DNA from: the human T2T-CHM13v2.0 reference genome, Homo sapiens
Length of the DNA: 64,000 nucleotides
Assembly (NCBI RefSeq): GCF_009914755.1
Contig: NC_060932.1
Strand: one strand, 5' to 3'
The position numbers and the translations under genes were made by a program. The notes beneath the pieces are model-generated. The model was not told the DNA's origin, searched no databases, and saw nothing but the letters and a program-made list of their open reading frames with translations. Shown in pieces: positions 27,458 to 41,566 of this stretch. How positions within the stretch are numbered: the stretch's first letter is position 1; the number at the start of each line of letters is the position of its first letter.

Positions 27458-29711
27458 AAAATAAAATTGAGTACCGATAAGGAATACCTCCCTATTCACT
27501 CAAAATGTGATTTTACTCCTTGTCATGGATACTGTGACAATATTTTCAATTAAGTATAAATCATGCTTTGTAGCTGACCAACTTATCCTGTCTACCTGAG
27601 CTACGAAGCGGCACAAATGGTGACCTTGAGATTGTACAAACCTCAATTGGACCACTTCCCAGTGGGCGGGCCTAAGTACAACAAGTATTATTATTTACTG
27701 TAGACAAATTAGAAAATGAATTTCACGGACTTTAAGGCCTGAGGGAATGGCTTGGGTTAAAGTCAACAGTTAGATACGGGAAAGTGGAATTTGCAGGTTT
27801 TAAATATAGAATTGTTGTGTGAGATCAGCCCCTGGTGGTCACCTTAACTATTACAATTGTTTGGCGTTTGTATTGAGGTGATGAGGCTTGATATTGGAAT
27901 GCTCATTTCCACCTCAGATCACTAATGTCCTAAACACAAACTGACTTCAAATGGCAGAAATATAATGTTCTCTATAGTATACATGGATATGGAATGTCAA
28001 TCTTTCAAAGGCTCTGTGGCAGGGCATCTCTCTGACTCTCTAAAACAAGCTGTAGTTTTTCAGTTGTTTTCCATCAATTGCAAAAGAAAGTCCTAGAAAC
28101 TCTTTAGTGTAAAGAAAAATGTCCCTGCATTTTTTTGCCTCTTCCAACCTCTGCGTCCTCACATCCTGATTCTTCAGAATTCCATTCAGTGTCCAGATGA
28201 AAAGTTTTCCAGGTAAAGAAGGAGGGATAAGCATTCCAGAAACCGGTATTCTCTATGCAGAGATTCAAAGGGATTAAACCATAGGGCATGTTTAGGAGGA
28301 TTGCAAATGTCTTAGTCTTTCTGAAGTGTGTGAGGCAAGAGACAATGGACACCTAAACTTTCCAGCCTAGCTAAAAAGTTTTCTTTGCTTTCCACAAAGA
28401 CAAGGCTACAAAATTATTTTTCACTCCAAAATAAACAAAGCATAACTGACAGCTTCCATGAAAGGGAGGCAGTAGGGAGAAGTGGGGAATACGGCCCCCG
28501 GGAAAGCCTGTGTCCTAAGCGAGGCAGCCTAGCCTCTTCTCAGCTTCACTGTCTAGTATGAAGGAGGGTGATGCTGCAGGACTTTCCAAAGTTTCAAGAG
28601 AATCCCCAAATCTGGACTTTTATGAAAATTCTGCTCCTATGCAACATTTATTGTTCATTCAATATTACTGAGTGCCTACTATGTGCTGACCTAAGCCGAG
28701 GACACAGCAGAGAACAAAACAGGCAAAAGCCCCTATCATTTGGGAGCTTCCTGTCTGATGGGAGAGACAATTTTAAAGATTAAGTCATTTACTGACTATA
28801 TTAGATGGTAATAAGTGCCATCTCCACTTTATGGAGAAAAATAATGCAGGGGAGGAGGATGCAGAGGGTTGGAGATATGTTACGATTTTGAATAAGGTGG
28901 TCAGGGAAGGCTTAACTGAGAAGTAGCACTTGAGAGCTCAGGTATCACATAACTAGTTCATGCATTCAATACAATCAATGGTATTTATTGAGCACTTATT
29001 ATATATGATGCATGATTCTAGGTCCTAGAGATAAACTGATGAACAAGAAAGCAAAGTCCTTCCTTCCATGCAGAGACAGACAACAAGCAAGGAGCCAAAC
29101 AGGATAATGTTGGACAGTAATTCCTTACAATGAAGGACATGAACAAGGTAATGAGAGAGGTAATGAGGTTAGAGGGAGGTTGAGGGGAGAAGTGGCTAGG
29201 TTGGACAAGGTAGTTGGAGAAGGCCACTCTAAGTGACAGCAGGTGGACTCAAAGGAACCTGCTGTGCAAAGGTCTGGGGAAAGGCATTCAAGGTGGAGGG
29301 GATTAGAAGGGTAAAAACTGGGAGGTGGGAACAAGCAAGGCTAAGGTGTCTGGCATGGAGATAAAATGGTTCATGGAACAGAGCAAATCATATACGGTAT
29401 GGAAACCCACGACTAAGGTCGGACTCAGGCAAAATTGTGAAACAGAAAAATGTTACAGTGACTCCCTTTCCTCTCTTTTTTCTGGACACCATTTCCTCCC
29501 CTACAGGTGCTTCTCTAGCCTCATTTCATCCCTAAGCTCTATCTCTTTCAAACTTGCTCTCAGAAAAGGATGTGACAGCTCATGTATACTTAAAAAATAA
29601 TAAGGCTTAAAGGGAATTATTCCTCCTAAGGGCATTTAATCACAATGACTTTAATTATAACATTTGATGCATCAGCTATTTGGGTGTTGGAATATTTTAT
29701 TGTTGGGGAGT

Positions 29712-30135
29712 ATATTAATTTCCTATTGCTGATGTAACAAATTACTATAAATTTGGTGCCTTGAAATCACACACATTTATTATCTTACATTTCAGGAGAT
29801 CAGAAGCTCAAAATGGCTCAGCAGGGCTGTGCTCCTTTTGGAGAATCCATTTCTTCCAGTTCCTAGAAGCTGTTCACATTCCTTGGCCTGTGGCCCTGTA
29901 TCACTCTGATCTCTGCTTCTGTTGTCACATCACCTTCTCTAACTCTGACCCCCTGCCTCCCTCTAATAAGGACCTCGTGATTATCTTGAACCCACTTGGA
30001 TAATTCAAGATTATCTCCTCATGTCACGATGCTTAACTGCATCTGCAAAGTCCCTTTTACCATATAAGGGGCAAATTCACAAGTTCTAGGCATTAGGATG
30101 TGAACATCTTTGGGGACTATTATTATTCCTACCAC
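29712..30135 (-). mobile_element. MLT1-type MaLR LTR
   Basis: tattaatttcctattgctgatgtaacaaattac...catctgcaaagtccctttt...cctaccaca. Confidence 0.75.
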
Positions 30136-32149
30136 AGGGCATGACATTCTGGAGTCTATGAGTGGGGTCATTAGATGGCTCCCTATTTTCAGGTAGTTTC
30201 TGCTCATTATTTCTGTTGGAATTTTGGGAATGAAATAGTTCTGTAGTCTTTCTAAAGGGCCAATTGCCTAAGCTAGTTGGGCAGTTTTCCTCAATCTGAT
30301 CTGGTAAAGCCAGATAAGACTGAATTTCATTGCACTTGTTTGTGCTTTTGAACACTTTTTTTTTTTTTTTTTTTTTAACCCACAGTGTTAATTCGAATGG
30401 CAGCTTCTGGGATGGGACTTAAACACTCTGCAGTTTCTGACCTCTGTGGAATTTGAAAAGCCAAAGGTCTAGTAAAGTAAAAATTAGCAGGAGCCTCAGT
30501 CAGGGACGTAAAGGAAGGACATTATTGCTAAACGAAAAGGTGAGGTGCTGTAATGAGTGTCACATGTGGAGTCAGTCTAGTGAGCGACTGTTTCCAGCTT
30601 TCTGATGCTTGGGGAAGCAGTACTGTTCCTGAACTTCCCAGCAGAGGGGGTCATAGAGCCCTGTGGGTTAATTTACCGTCTTTGAACTCCTATCCTCTCA
30701 AAGACTGGTCCTTGGTGGGAAATGAGGCAGATCAGTACTTTAATAAGATTGTGTATTAAGCCAGAGTCCATCACTGGTTCCTGCTCGTAAGGGCTTGTTA
30801 TTTGAATTCTTCCCATCCACATAGCTCTATCTCATTCCCATTTCCTCCTTCATGTGTCTGCTTTTCTCAGCTACTTGCCGAGTGAGAATCTTTTCTAGTC
30901 ACAGGGTCGCATTTTCAAAGGTCTGTTTGCCTTATTAATTTAATGGGTGTAGGTTCACCTCTACTTATCCCACGTTCACTTTTATAGTTTTTGATGTGTC
31001 CACTAAACTCAATATAGTGAGTTTATCAGGCATTCACCTGCTGAACTGCTATCATTAGCTAAAATAATAGTTTACAGGGATTTTTTTAAGCTAAATTGAC
31101 TTTAATTTTCATTGTTACTTATATTGCATTAGATCTAAGTTAGACTTTGGAAGAATATGGGTTCTTCCACACTTAGAACTGTAAAGCATTATTTTAGAGG
31201 ATGTTTATGTCGTTGACTTTGAATGAACATTGTCTAAATTGGAACAGGAGGTAGAAGAGTTCAGTGAGTGAGAGCCTGAGTTGGGGAACTGAAAGGATGG
31301 CTCTGGAGTGAGGATAGCCTTCGGCTCCAGTTTGGCTCTGTCAGTGCTACCTGTGTGATCTTGCGAGCAAGTCATGAAGCCCTGCCAAGCCTCAGTCTCC
31401 TCCTCTATCAAACTGGGATAGTAAGTGGTTACTGTTGTAGGAATATCAGGGTTGTGAGGAATAATCTATTGTCAAGTCAAGGCCTTAATACATGGCGGGC
31501 AGGTAATCAATATTTGTTGAATAAATGTCTCACGGTTAGAGTTCAGTTAACCTTAGCTATGCTGATGAGGATCTGTAAACATAAGGTTCAAAGCACTTAT
31601 CTTTGGGCTATTATAGTTGGATAATAGGAGACCAAAACATCTAAGCAAGGGCAGTGTGTACTTGTCACCTTTATTTCATCAGACATAATGGGGTTTCTGC
31701 TAAGCATCAGACTTGCCAGCTGTTGAGGTGTGAGCTAGGTATCTTATAAAAAGTTCTAAGTATACATCTCCCAGTATATAATAAAACATTATTTAAAACC
31801 ATTGTTAAAAACTGAAAAACAGTTGCAATAACACTGAACTTGTCTCTGGTTGCTGCCAGGAATAATGGTCACGGGTTTGCTAAGGCAGCGTAACAACTTC
31901 TGAAAGAAATTATTCCCAAAGACCTTATCACTCAATCTGAAATTAAGACATGCTGGATTTTTGCTTTTAAGTGACTCTGGAGGCATTTGTGTGGAGCAGA
32001 ATAAAGCAGAAACCGACAGGCTGCATGACAAAGTTGGCAAGGGTATCTCTCTGTCAGCCCTGTAGGCTGCCTCGACCTGTCAGCACCACTGTTTAAAATT
32101 TCAGCTCCCTGAATCCCTGCATTGTAAGAATTTGGATCTTCTTGGGAAG

Positions 32150-33320
32150 TGGAGCCCAATGACGTGCAGCACACCGCGGAAGGGAAGAGGGCTTACCAGA
32201 CCTTTGCTCTCCCACTGCCCATGCTTCTCGCTCAACCCGGTGCGAGACCTGACTTAGAGATTATTTCTTTCTCCAGGGCCCTGGACCCGTCCCCGCAACC
32301 CCCCGCCCCGTCTCACTGGCCCGGGTTCCGGGCTGGCCTGTGGAGAACCCCCGCGAGCGCACCGCACTCCAATGTAAAGCCAGCCACTGCCGGCCCGCTT
32401 CCCAGGTCGCTTTTCTCTGAAAACCGACCCCAGTGCCTCCGGCTTTACAATTTGAGTAAACTGGGTCATCAGCAACGGCAACGCAGACCCAAGCGACTAT
32501 CGCCGTTCATTCAGAGACTGAAACGGGGAGACGAAGCGCGCGGGCGGGGAACGCTCACCCGGGCACCTCCCGGTACCTCGTCGTCGCCCCGCCCCGCAGC
32601 CTGTAGAGGGCGTGGCTAGAGGCCAGTCCGTGCCCCGCCCCTCCGGCCGCGCGCCAGCGGGCGGAAGTGACGTGTGCCCAGAGCCATTTCCGGCGGCCCG
32701 AAACTAGGAAGAAACTTGGAGCTGTTCAGGCGATCCAGCCTCCAATCGCTGCTGCTCTTGTACTCGGTTGGCCCGGGCGGCGCTGAACTGTCGGGAGCCT
32801 AGGCCATGGGGCAGCCTGGGCCTTATGCAGTGTGAGGCGCGGGGCCTCCCGCGTCGCTCCGCTGACAGGCTGCGGGCGGGCAGGCGGGAGGCGTAGTGTG
32901 GGTCGCGGTGGCGGCCCCGGCCGCCGGCCCTGGCCGCGGCATCATGAACATAGACGTGGAGTTCCACATCCGGCACAACTACCCCTGGAACAAGTTGCCG
33001 GCCAACGTGAGACAGGTACGGCCGGAACCTGGGACCGGGCCCCTGACGGATTCGGCCCGCCCAGCGGTCACCTGCTTGCCTCGCTCGCGGGGCCCGAGCG
33101 GGCTGCTGCCGGCTGACTCCCTTCCTTTACTCCTCCGTGGTCTTGGGGAGACGGACCTTCAGCCCAGGGCGAGGAGGGGACGGCTGTGGGGCCACAGGGC
33201 CAGGACGGGGCGATCGCTAAATGGGATGGCATGGTGTCCACAGGACTCGACTGGCGCCTTTGCCCGCAGGATACATTCAGCCAGGCACCTGCGATAGAGA
33301 TTTTAAACACGGTCCTTGAC
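32150..33320 (+). promoter_or_regulatory. FAM91A1: CpG-island promoter of FAM91A1 (GC boxes, ETS-CRE composite, YY1-like)
   Basis: Dense CpG; ccccgcccc GC boxes; GCGGAAGTGACGTG at 32661-32674; GCCATTTCCGG at 32683-32693; no obvious TATA box. Confidence 0.9.
32944..33015 (+). CDS. FAM91A1: FAM91A1 exon 1 (MNIDVEFHIRHNYPWNKLPANVRQ)
   Basis: atcATG start, donor CAG|gtacgg, 72 nt; recognised FAM91A1 N-terminus. Confidence 0.96.
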
Positions 33321-34023
33321 CTCCGGAATTTCAGGATGGTGGGAAAGGGATGGGAAACAAACGAATACGATACAGGATGATAGCAGCTCATACACACCTG
33401 CATTGTAGTATATGTGAGAGCAGAGGGAGGGAGAAATTATCCTGGGAGAGTTGGAAGGATTTTTAAGGCAGGCACTTAAATTGGGCCTTGGAGGACGAAT
33501 AAGAGTTAAATAAGAGGGAATAAAGATTTTTCCAGGGGGAGGGAAAGTCATTTTACAAAGCTTGGATGAGTGAAAGAACATGTCTCATGAGTAGCAAGTG
33601 ACTGTATCACCAGAGTTTGGACTGACATGTTTGGAGTTGAAGTTTTTTGAGTGCGCGGGGCTGGTAGCAGATGAGCCTGGAAAAGTGGTCAGGGCCAGAT
33701 TTTGAAGGTGCTTGTGTGCTTTGTTTTGTTGGACTTTATCCTCCAGACAAGATGGGTTTATCAGAGATGTTTCAACAAGAGTGACATGAGGTTTTTGAAA
33801 GTTAATTCTCGATTTTTTTAGTCTGTTTTACTCAATTGTTTAATAGATATTTATTGACCACCTACTAGGTGCTGTGCGTTGCTCTAGGTGCAGGTAATTT
33901 GCAACAGTCAACAAGACAAAGACTGCCTTCATGGAGCTTACATTTTACTAAAGAAAGACGTAAACAAATAAATGAATAAATACGTAACATAGCAGATGGT
34001 TTTAAGTCTTACGAAAGTAGTGA

Positions 34024-34494
<471 letters not shown>

Positions 34495-36853
34495 AGTATG
34501 AGGATTGTTATAGTTTAGTTTACTTTGCTCCCTTCCTCCCTTGGGGATTTAGTGCCAGGAAGTGAATATTAAGGTTCTGGTCATGCATCATGTGGCCAAG
34601 AAAATGCTTTCACTTTAATATAGCAAAAACCGAGAAAGATAAATTTAAAGAACTTGAATTCTTGGGTGTCAGTGGCTGCCCGTGTGGCATTTATCTTAAA
34701 CTGGGAGAACAAAGCTCTAAACCTGAAGGAATAAATTTCTTTTGTTAATCTTGAATAAAGGCTTTAAAGGACACTTTTGTACTTTAGGGTTTTGTGGCAA
34801 ATCCAAAGACACAAGAAGAACAAACAGTTCTTCTTTTCTTTGTTTCCATTTTTTCTCTACTCTTTTCATCAGAATAAATGTAGCATACTGGAAGAAAGAT
34901 GAGTGATGAGATTATATCCAACATGAATATTTGACTTTAATTAGTATTGGCAAAAGAGTTTCTAAAACGTAGTCATGACTATTTAAAAATAATCATGGGA
35001 CAGTTAAAATTAGGTCTAAATGTGAAATTAAGTATGTTTTTGTTTTTAAAATCACTTGAAAAACAGTGGCTATTTTAGCTTAGGATAAGGTTGGCCATTT
35101 GTAGATGTTGCAAAACATCTGTACAAGTTTACTTCCAAGGACCTTCTCTAGCCTAATCACTGCTTCCCTAGGCCGAGCTCCATCTGAGATTACTACATCA
35201 GCCTTCTCTCTGGTCTCTTGCTCTTAGAATAGGACTTTCTCTGCATTCTTCATGCTACTCTGGGGGTGAGGCTTCTGAAATGCAAACCCAACCTTATTAC
35301 TGCTGGTCTCCTTTATATTGCTTGTATTAATAGCATATTTTGATTCTCACTCTGATACTGCTCCTGGGAGGTTTCCCTGACCACCTAAATCTGTGGTGGT
35401 TGCCCCTAGGCTATCTTACCATTGCATTGTATTCCTCACCTGTCATAGAGCTTACCCCGCTATGGTGCATTTTGTGGTTACAATACTGGCTTTGCTTTTG
35501 TCCCATGAGCACCTCTCACATACTTGGCTTTTAGTATTTGTGGCTGAGCACCTAAAGCTCAGTCAGTTTAAACTTGGGGAATATTCCTTCTATGGAAAGA
35601 ATTTGTCTTTTGGCATTATAGATTTTTAGACACTTCGATGTCGTTTCCAGTAAGTTTTGATGGGTTTACCTTGAAAATGACTCATTTTCCAGTTCTGTAA
35701 GCTAGGGGCAGGTGATTTAGATTTTTAAAAAATGTATTTTAAGCTAATTCATTTTTATGTGGATGAGAGGACATTTAAAAAAATGTGGTATGGGTCATGA
35801 TAGACTTTTAAAAAATATATAAAAAATTGTGGATGGGGCCATTATTTCAGGATTTTTCTGTAGTTTACCACTATCTTGTATTCTTTATCCAAAATAATTA
35901 ATAGCCCTTTTATTTTGAGGGAAATCTTATGATAAGTTTCTGTATCATCCAAGAAGGGTCAATTTAAAAAATTTTTTGATGCGGCACAGGGGTGTACTTG
36001 GGGATGTATATGCTGGGATTGGAGTCTGTAGGAGCAAAGATTTCAGAAAATCTTTGTGTTTTTAGCATAATCTGTGATGGGTGCTTTATAGCTAGTGTCT
36101 TATTCTTACATCGCCATTTGATCTGATGTAGTTCCTTTTATATGCAGCCCAACTTCATTTGTCAGACCTGGTCAGTATTTCTGCAGGGCTAGAGTTGACT
36201 CGGGGTAAAATTACTTTTTTTTTCTTCTTTTTAAAAAGTCACCTTCTCTAGTGGCAACAGTGTTTTAAAATTTGAATGGTGGGAGATGTGGGGTAGGAGT
36301 AGGAGGGGAGCCCAGGGAGCCCAAGAATCTCAGAATGAAGCAATTTATATTACATACTTGGCCAGTGAAGAATAAAGCCAACTTTTAATGTGGGTTTTAG
36401 AAATTTGTGTTCACTCGTGTATTGATTGATAGGTTCAGGACCAGTTATTACTTAATGCTGAGAGCCAAAGCTTACAAATTTCATAGGTAGTGTATTAAGA
36501 GACTTATTTTGAAACAGAAGAGCAAAACCTCAAGCTAGATTTTAGCAAAATTGTGTGCTTGTTTGAGTATGCATGTGTGTGTATTTGTGTTCCCTGAGAA
36601 AGAGACTTTTATTTAGCAGTAGAGACAGAGAAAACCTTTAAAAGTGTGCTATTTTGAATCCTCTAAATATTGTCAGTACAACGACCCTGGCATTGATGCT
36701 ACGAAGAGGATGGTAGAGTAGTTTCTCTACAATGAGATCTACTCTTAACCCCTTATAATGTTAAGACAGATGAAAGTAAGATAAGCACATACATTCTGGT
36801 TCTACCGTGGGTTCTGGCTTAGCCTGTGATAAACTAAGCTAAATGCAGGAAGA

Positions 36854-37324
36854 AAGCTCACCCTTGAACAACATGGGTTTAGGGGTGCTGCACCCCTGTG
36901 CAGTTGAAAATCCATGTATAACTTTTGACTTCCCCAGAAGTTAACTACTAATAGCCTATAACTGTTGACTTCCCCGGAAGTTAACTACTAATAGCCTATA
37001 ACTGTTGACTGGAAGCCTCGGCCATAACACAGTTGATGAACACATATTTTGTATGTTATATATATTGTTAATATATGCTGTACTACAATAAGCTAGAGAA
37101 AAGAAAATGCTATTATGAAAATCATAATATTTTCTAGTCATTAAGTGGAGATGGCTCATCACAGAGGTCTTCATCCTTCTCTTCACATCAAGTAGGCTGA
37201 GGAGGAGGAGGAGGAGGAAATACAGGAAGTGTTGGTCTTGCTGTTCAGGGTGGCAGAGGAGGAAGAAAATCCCAGTGTAAGTGGACCTATGCAGTTCAAA
37301 CCCGTGTTGTCCAAGGGCCAACCG
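36854..37324 (-). mobile_element. Tigger2a (MER28-like) internally deleted element
   Basis: TIR-like ends cccttgaacaacatggg / cccgtgttgtccaaggg; reverse complement of the ends of the Tigger2 at 58374-62028. Confidence 0.8.
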
Positions 37325-38323
37325 CACATAATTGTACAGTTAAAATGGGACACATCATGTTCTATTTTTCTTAAAATATTACCTACCAATGGGTCCAGTT
37401 ATGGGTCAGTTTACTTAGATGTGAGTTTCATCTGTCTTATTGTGAAGATTGCCTTAAGTGAAAGATGTAGGGACCTGTCTTTGGTTTTGGCTTACCTATG
37501 AGTAAGAAATACGATGAACTAAATCCTCTGATCTTTCTGTCATTACTTTCCTAAGATGTCTAATTTCACTTTATAGTGTGTTGGAAAGACCATACCTAGA
37601 AATTAGGAGGAGGATAGCAGTCATATATTAAATTAAGTTTATGGTCTCCCAGTGAATATAATGTTAACTATAATCAGGCAAACGTTGTTTGCTTTCAGGA
37701 ACACTGCAACAAAACACTAAGTGCATACTAGAAAGACTTTAGCTTATTAAAAATGGCTCCGAATTCTAAAATTGTCTAAATGCCTTCTAATGAGGCCACA
37801 GGAGATTGCATTTTTAAGAAACAATCTTACGTACATTTAAATGTAAATTTTCCAGAAATCCTAATCTTTAATAATTATAACCCTCAGCTACAATTATCAA
37901 AGAGGGATGTATCTGTCCTTAGTTGCCATTCTTAAATTTAAATAAATGTAGGGGCAGGAAACCATCTATCCAACCACTTAATATAGCAGTCAGGAAGGAA
38001 ATCTTTATAAGCAGAACTTAGTTCTTTGTTAACCAAAGTGAAGTTACACTCACCTACCGGTTTTTATTTGATATTAAATACTTCGGATAATTTTAGTAAA
38101 CTCTTTTAGAAAGGCAGACTGAAAATACATAGAATTTTTGCTCTGAATACTGTAGCAGGAAAGTTAGTATAATAACATTTAAGAAAATATTTTTTATTTA
38201 ATTCTGCAAATTAGAGATGCCAGGATAAAAATGGGGGTCGTGGTTTTAAAGTGTGTTATGGGAAAAAATAGTACTATTGTTCAGTTTGGAAGTTGTTTAA
38301 AATCTTTTTGAAATTTCTCCTAG

Positions 38324-38408
38324 AGTCTTGGAAATTCACAGAGAGAATATGAAAAGCAGGTTGTCCTGTACAGTATCCGCAATCAGTTACGATATAGAAA
38401 TAACTTAG
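38324..38408 (+). CDS. FAM91A1: FAM91A1 exon 2
   Basis: ctag|AGT...SLGNSQREYEKQVVLYSIRNQLRYRNNL G|gtaagt; 85 nt. Confidence 0.95.
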
Positions 38409-39390
38409 GTAAGTAGAGCCATGTTTATATTGGGGTGGAACTGACCACTACTCTTTCACATTCGTAAATCTTTCTTTTCAATACATATTTCATAGTACTG
38501 AGATTATTCCATGTACAGACTTTAAGAAACTCTACACTGATCCATTCCACCTAACAACAATTTGTATTAGCAAGTAGATTTTTCATTCTAATTCTGATAA
38601 AAATTATTTTTAGAGTACTGTTTATGGACTCATTTTATCTATAAAATAATCTTAATTCAAATGTCCTCTTTTTGCCTGAGGTAAGAAAATATGCCATAAA
38701 AGAAAAAGTATATTAGTTCTTAGTAATTTTTGACTTTGGGTTGTCTCCATAAATTTTCCAAATAATATGAAAAACTTTATAATAATTGGGACACATTTTA
38801 AACATAGTTCATTCCATGATTTTTTTTTCTTCTTTCTAAAAAAAAATTTGTTTATTTATCAGATTATTTTGGTTAGTCTATTCTGTTGCCCTGGTAGTCT
38901 TTCACTCCTGTTTGTTACTCTTATTTTAAGCATAATATTTCTGACATTGTTTTTCTTCATGAACATTTTCCATGAAAGTCAGAGGGCTTTTTACATTTAA
39001 AAACTAAAAAAGCAGCAAATAATTTTTAAAAATAGACTTGACTTCATTGAAAACGAGCATTCAGTTTGGCTCTCTTGTAAGGTAGTAGAATACAAGTCAA
39101 TAAAGCTCTGTTTTGTACCTTTTTGGGGGGCATGCTGGTAGTTCCATGCTTGTTTTCTCATTTGGCAAGAATTATTCTCTACTAATCTGTCCTATTATTC
39201 ATTTTACTTCTATACTCTAAAATCTATTTCATGTGATATATTTCTTTGTTCCAACTTAGAATATTTTATTTGTTCTCTTGTAATTTACATACTTTTCTTT
39301 TAAATTACTGTTGGTTTGTAAAGTGTTCATAGTTAATATATAACTATAAGAAACCTGAAAAAAACTGGAGAATTTCCCTCTTTTGTGCAG

Positions 39391-39542
39391 TTAAACATGT
39401 CAAGAAAGATGAACGCAGATACTATGAGGAACTGCTAAAGTACAGCCGAGATCATCTCATGCTGTACCCTTACCATCTATCGGATATTATGGTGAAAGGC
39501 TTGAGGATAACACCATTTTCATATTATACTGGGATTATGGAG
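39391..39542 (+). CDS. FAM91A1: FAM91A1 exon 3
   Basis: gcag|TT...KHVKKDERRYYEELLKYSRDHLMLYPYHLSDIMVKGLRITPFSYYTGIME|gtgagt; 152 nt. Confidence 0.95.
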
Positions 39543-39928
39543 GTGAGTTTACAGTGTGGGTGAGCCAGTGGGAATGGGATGGGACTACATGTCTGGGACT
39601 TTTTGCAGATGTTCACCAGCTCTTCAGCTGTCGTCTGCGGTGGACACTCTTTCAGAACTTATAGTGTAAAAAGGACTATTGGTGGCTTGTTAACTGTTTG
39701 AGCCACACTGTACAAGTACTTATCCTTATTGATGTTTTTACATTGGGAAGCTGTCTATTTCTCTTCTGGTCTTGAAGGTGCTATTGACCCTTTGTGCTGT
39801 TGTAGTACTGATCAGTCATTTATGTTGGCAGAGTCTGTGTAAAATTTATTGCTTTTTAAAACGTGATTAAGGTTGAAAATGTGGGTGACAGAATTGAACA
39901 TTATGTTCTGAGAAAATTAATGTATTTA

Positions 39929-40228
<300 letters not shown>

Positions 40229-41508
40229 AGAAAATTAATGTATTTAACTATTCACTAACTGTCTAAAGAATGAATGATGACATAGACCCAACATTATATA
40301 ATACAGGTGCCAGAAAAGAGAAATATGTTAGTAGTCTTGGCTGTTAATCTCTTTCTATAATTATTAACTTTTAGTTGTTAGCCTTTTTCCAAAGACAGCT
40401 TTTAGGCTTGTATTGGATAACTTTAATACTAGTTATATACTGTTTTCAAGTGAGCTTTATTAAAGATTGGCAGTATTTATTTAGTATTCATTTGCTCCTT
40501 AATTATGTTTGAGTGCTTCTGTTTGGGGCTCACTAGCCGCTTGAAGAGCAGAGAGGAGCCTAGAACTAAAGGAGTTGGGAACGTGTGGTAACATGAGGTT
40601 AGCCCTACATACGATGTGTGCTTTGCTGTTTGCTCCCTTCGTTATCTCCAGAAGCCCCTCCTTCATGGGTGCTTCTGCAGTCCCATGCATCCCGTGTTCC
40701 TCTTTTGGAGGAAATACTGGAGGAAAGCGAGAGGCCCGATAGCCCAGGTAGCATAGTGAAGAACCAGGGTAGCATAATGAAGGTGGCAGCTAATCAGGAA
40801 GTAGAATAGTTACTGCTGTCTCTTTATTTTTCTAGTGTAGTCCACAAATTTGGGAGCTAAAATAGGTGGAGTTTTTGTTTCACTTATCAGCTTTCATTTC
40901 AGTTACATCCACATGGTTGCTGCATTCTGGTTTCTGTTATTCTATCATTGGGTATAGTTCCTCGGTAGAAAACGGGCCTTATCCCCACAGGAAGCAGTGG
41001 GTTTGTTATTGGAGAAACAGATTGGGGCAGAAAAAGCTGGATACCAAGTTTAGCTCTTCTACAGATTGGGACTTGTGGGATCAAAGGCCACTAAGTGGTT
41101 GTAGTCTTCATTGGTAGTGCATGTTGATGGAGCTGTGCCACATTATTTGGCTTTCTCTCATGGTGGAGATCTAGGATCAGGTATGAAATGTGGAGAGGCT
41201 GGAACCCTGAGCTCTAATGGAGCCATTACTTACATAGCTTCCACAGGGCAGAGGTTATGGGGCAGCTGCCTGGGATTCGTAGAGAGCCTCTTAAGAAACC
41301 TAGACCTGAAAATCTGCCCTTTAATTACTAGGTTGGGAACATGTGTGGAAAGTGCCACAGGGTGGCATGTATGCTCTAGGTAGCCAAACTATGATCTTAC
41401 TGCTTCCTGTAATAATCATTGTTATTGGCTGTAATAATATTGTATTTATACACATTTTTATTTAAGGACATTTTAGATTTCAAATTTAAATTTTTTTCTT
41501 TTTAAAAG

Positions 41509-41566
41509 GATATTATGAACAGTGAGAAAAGTTATGATTCATTGCCCAATTTTACTGCTGCTGACT
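41509..41566 (+). CDS. FAM91A1: FAM91A1 exon 4
   Basis: aaag|GAT...DIMNSEKSYDSLPNFTAAD T|gtaagt; 58 nt. Confidence 0.94.

Noticed and set aside
32149-33403. Extra ORFs in the CpG island, including the 133-aa read-through of exon 1
   Set aside because: GC-rich stop depletion; the 133-aa ORF is exon 1 plus intron after a valid CAG|gtacgg donor.
35103-35120. Small hairpin AGATGTT-GCAA-AACATCT
   Set aside because: A 7-bp stem is expected by chance; no miRNA or snoRNA features.
40270-40400. ATGATGA C-box-like motif (intronic snoRNA?)
   Set aside because: No D box (CTGA) or terminal stem at a suitable distance.
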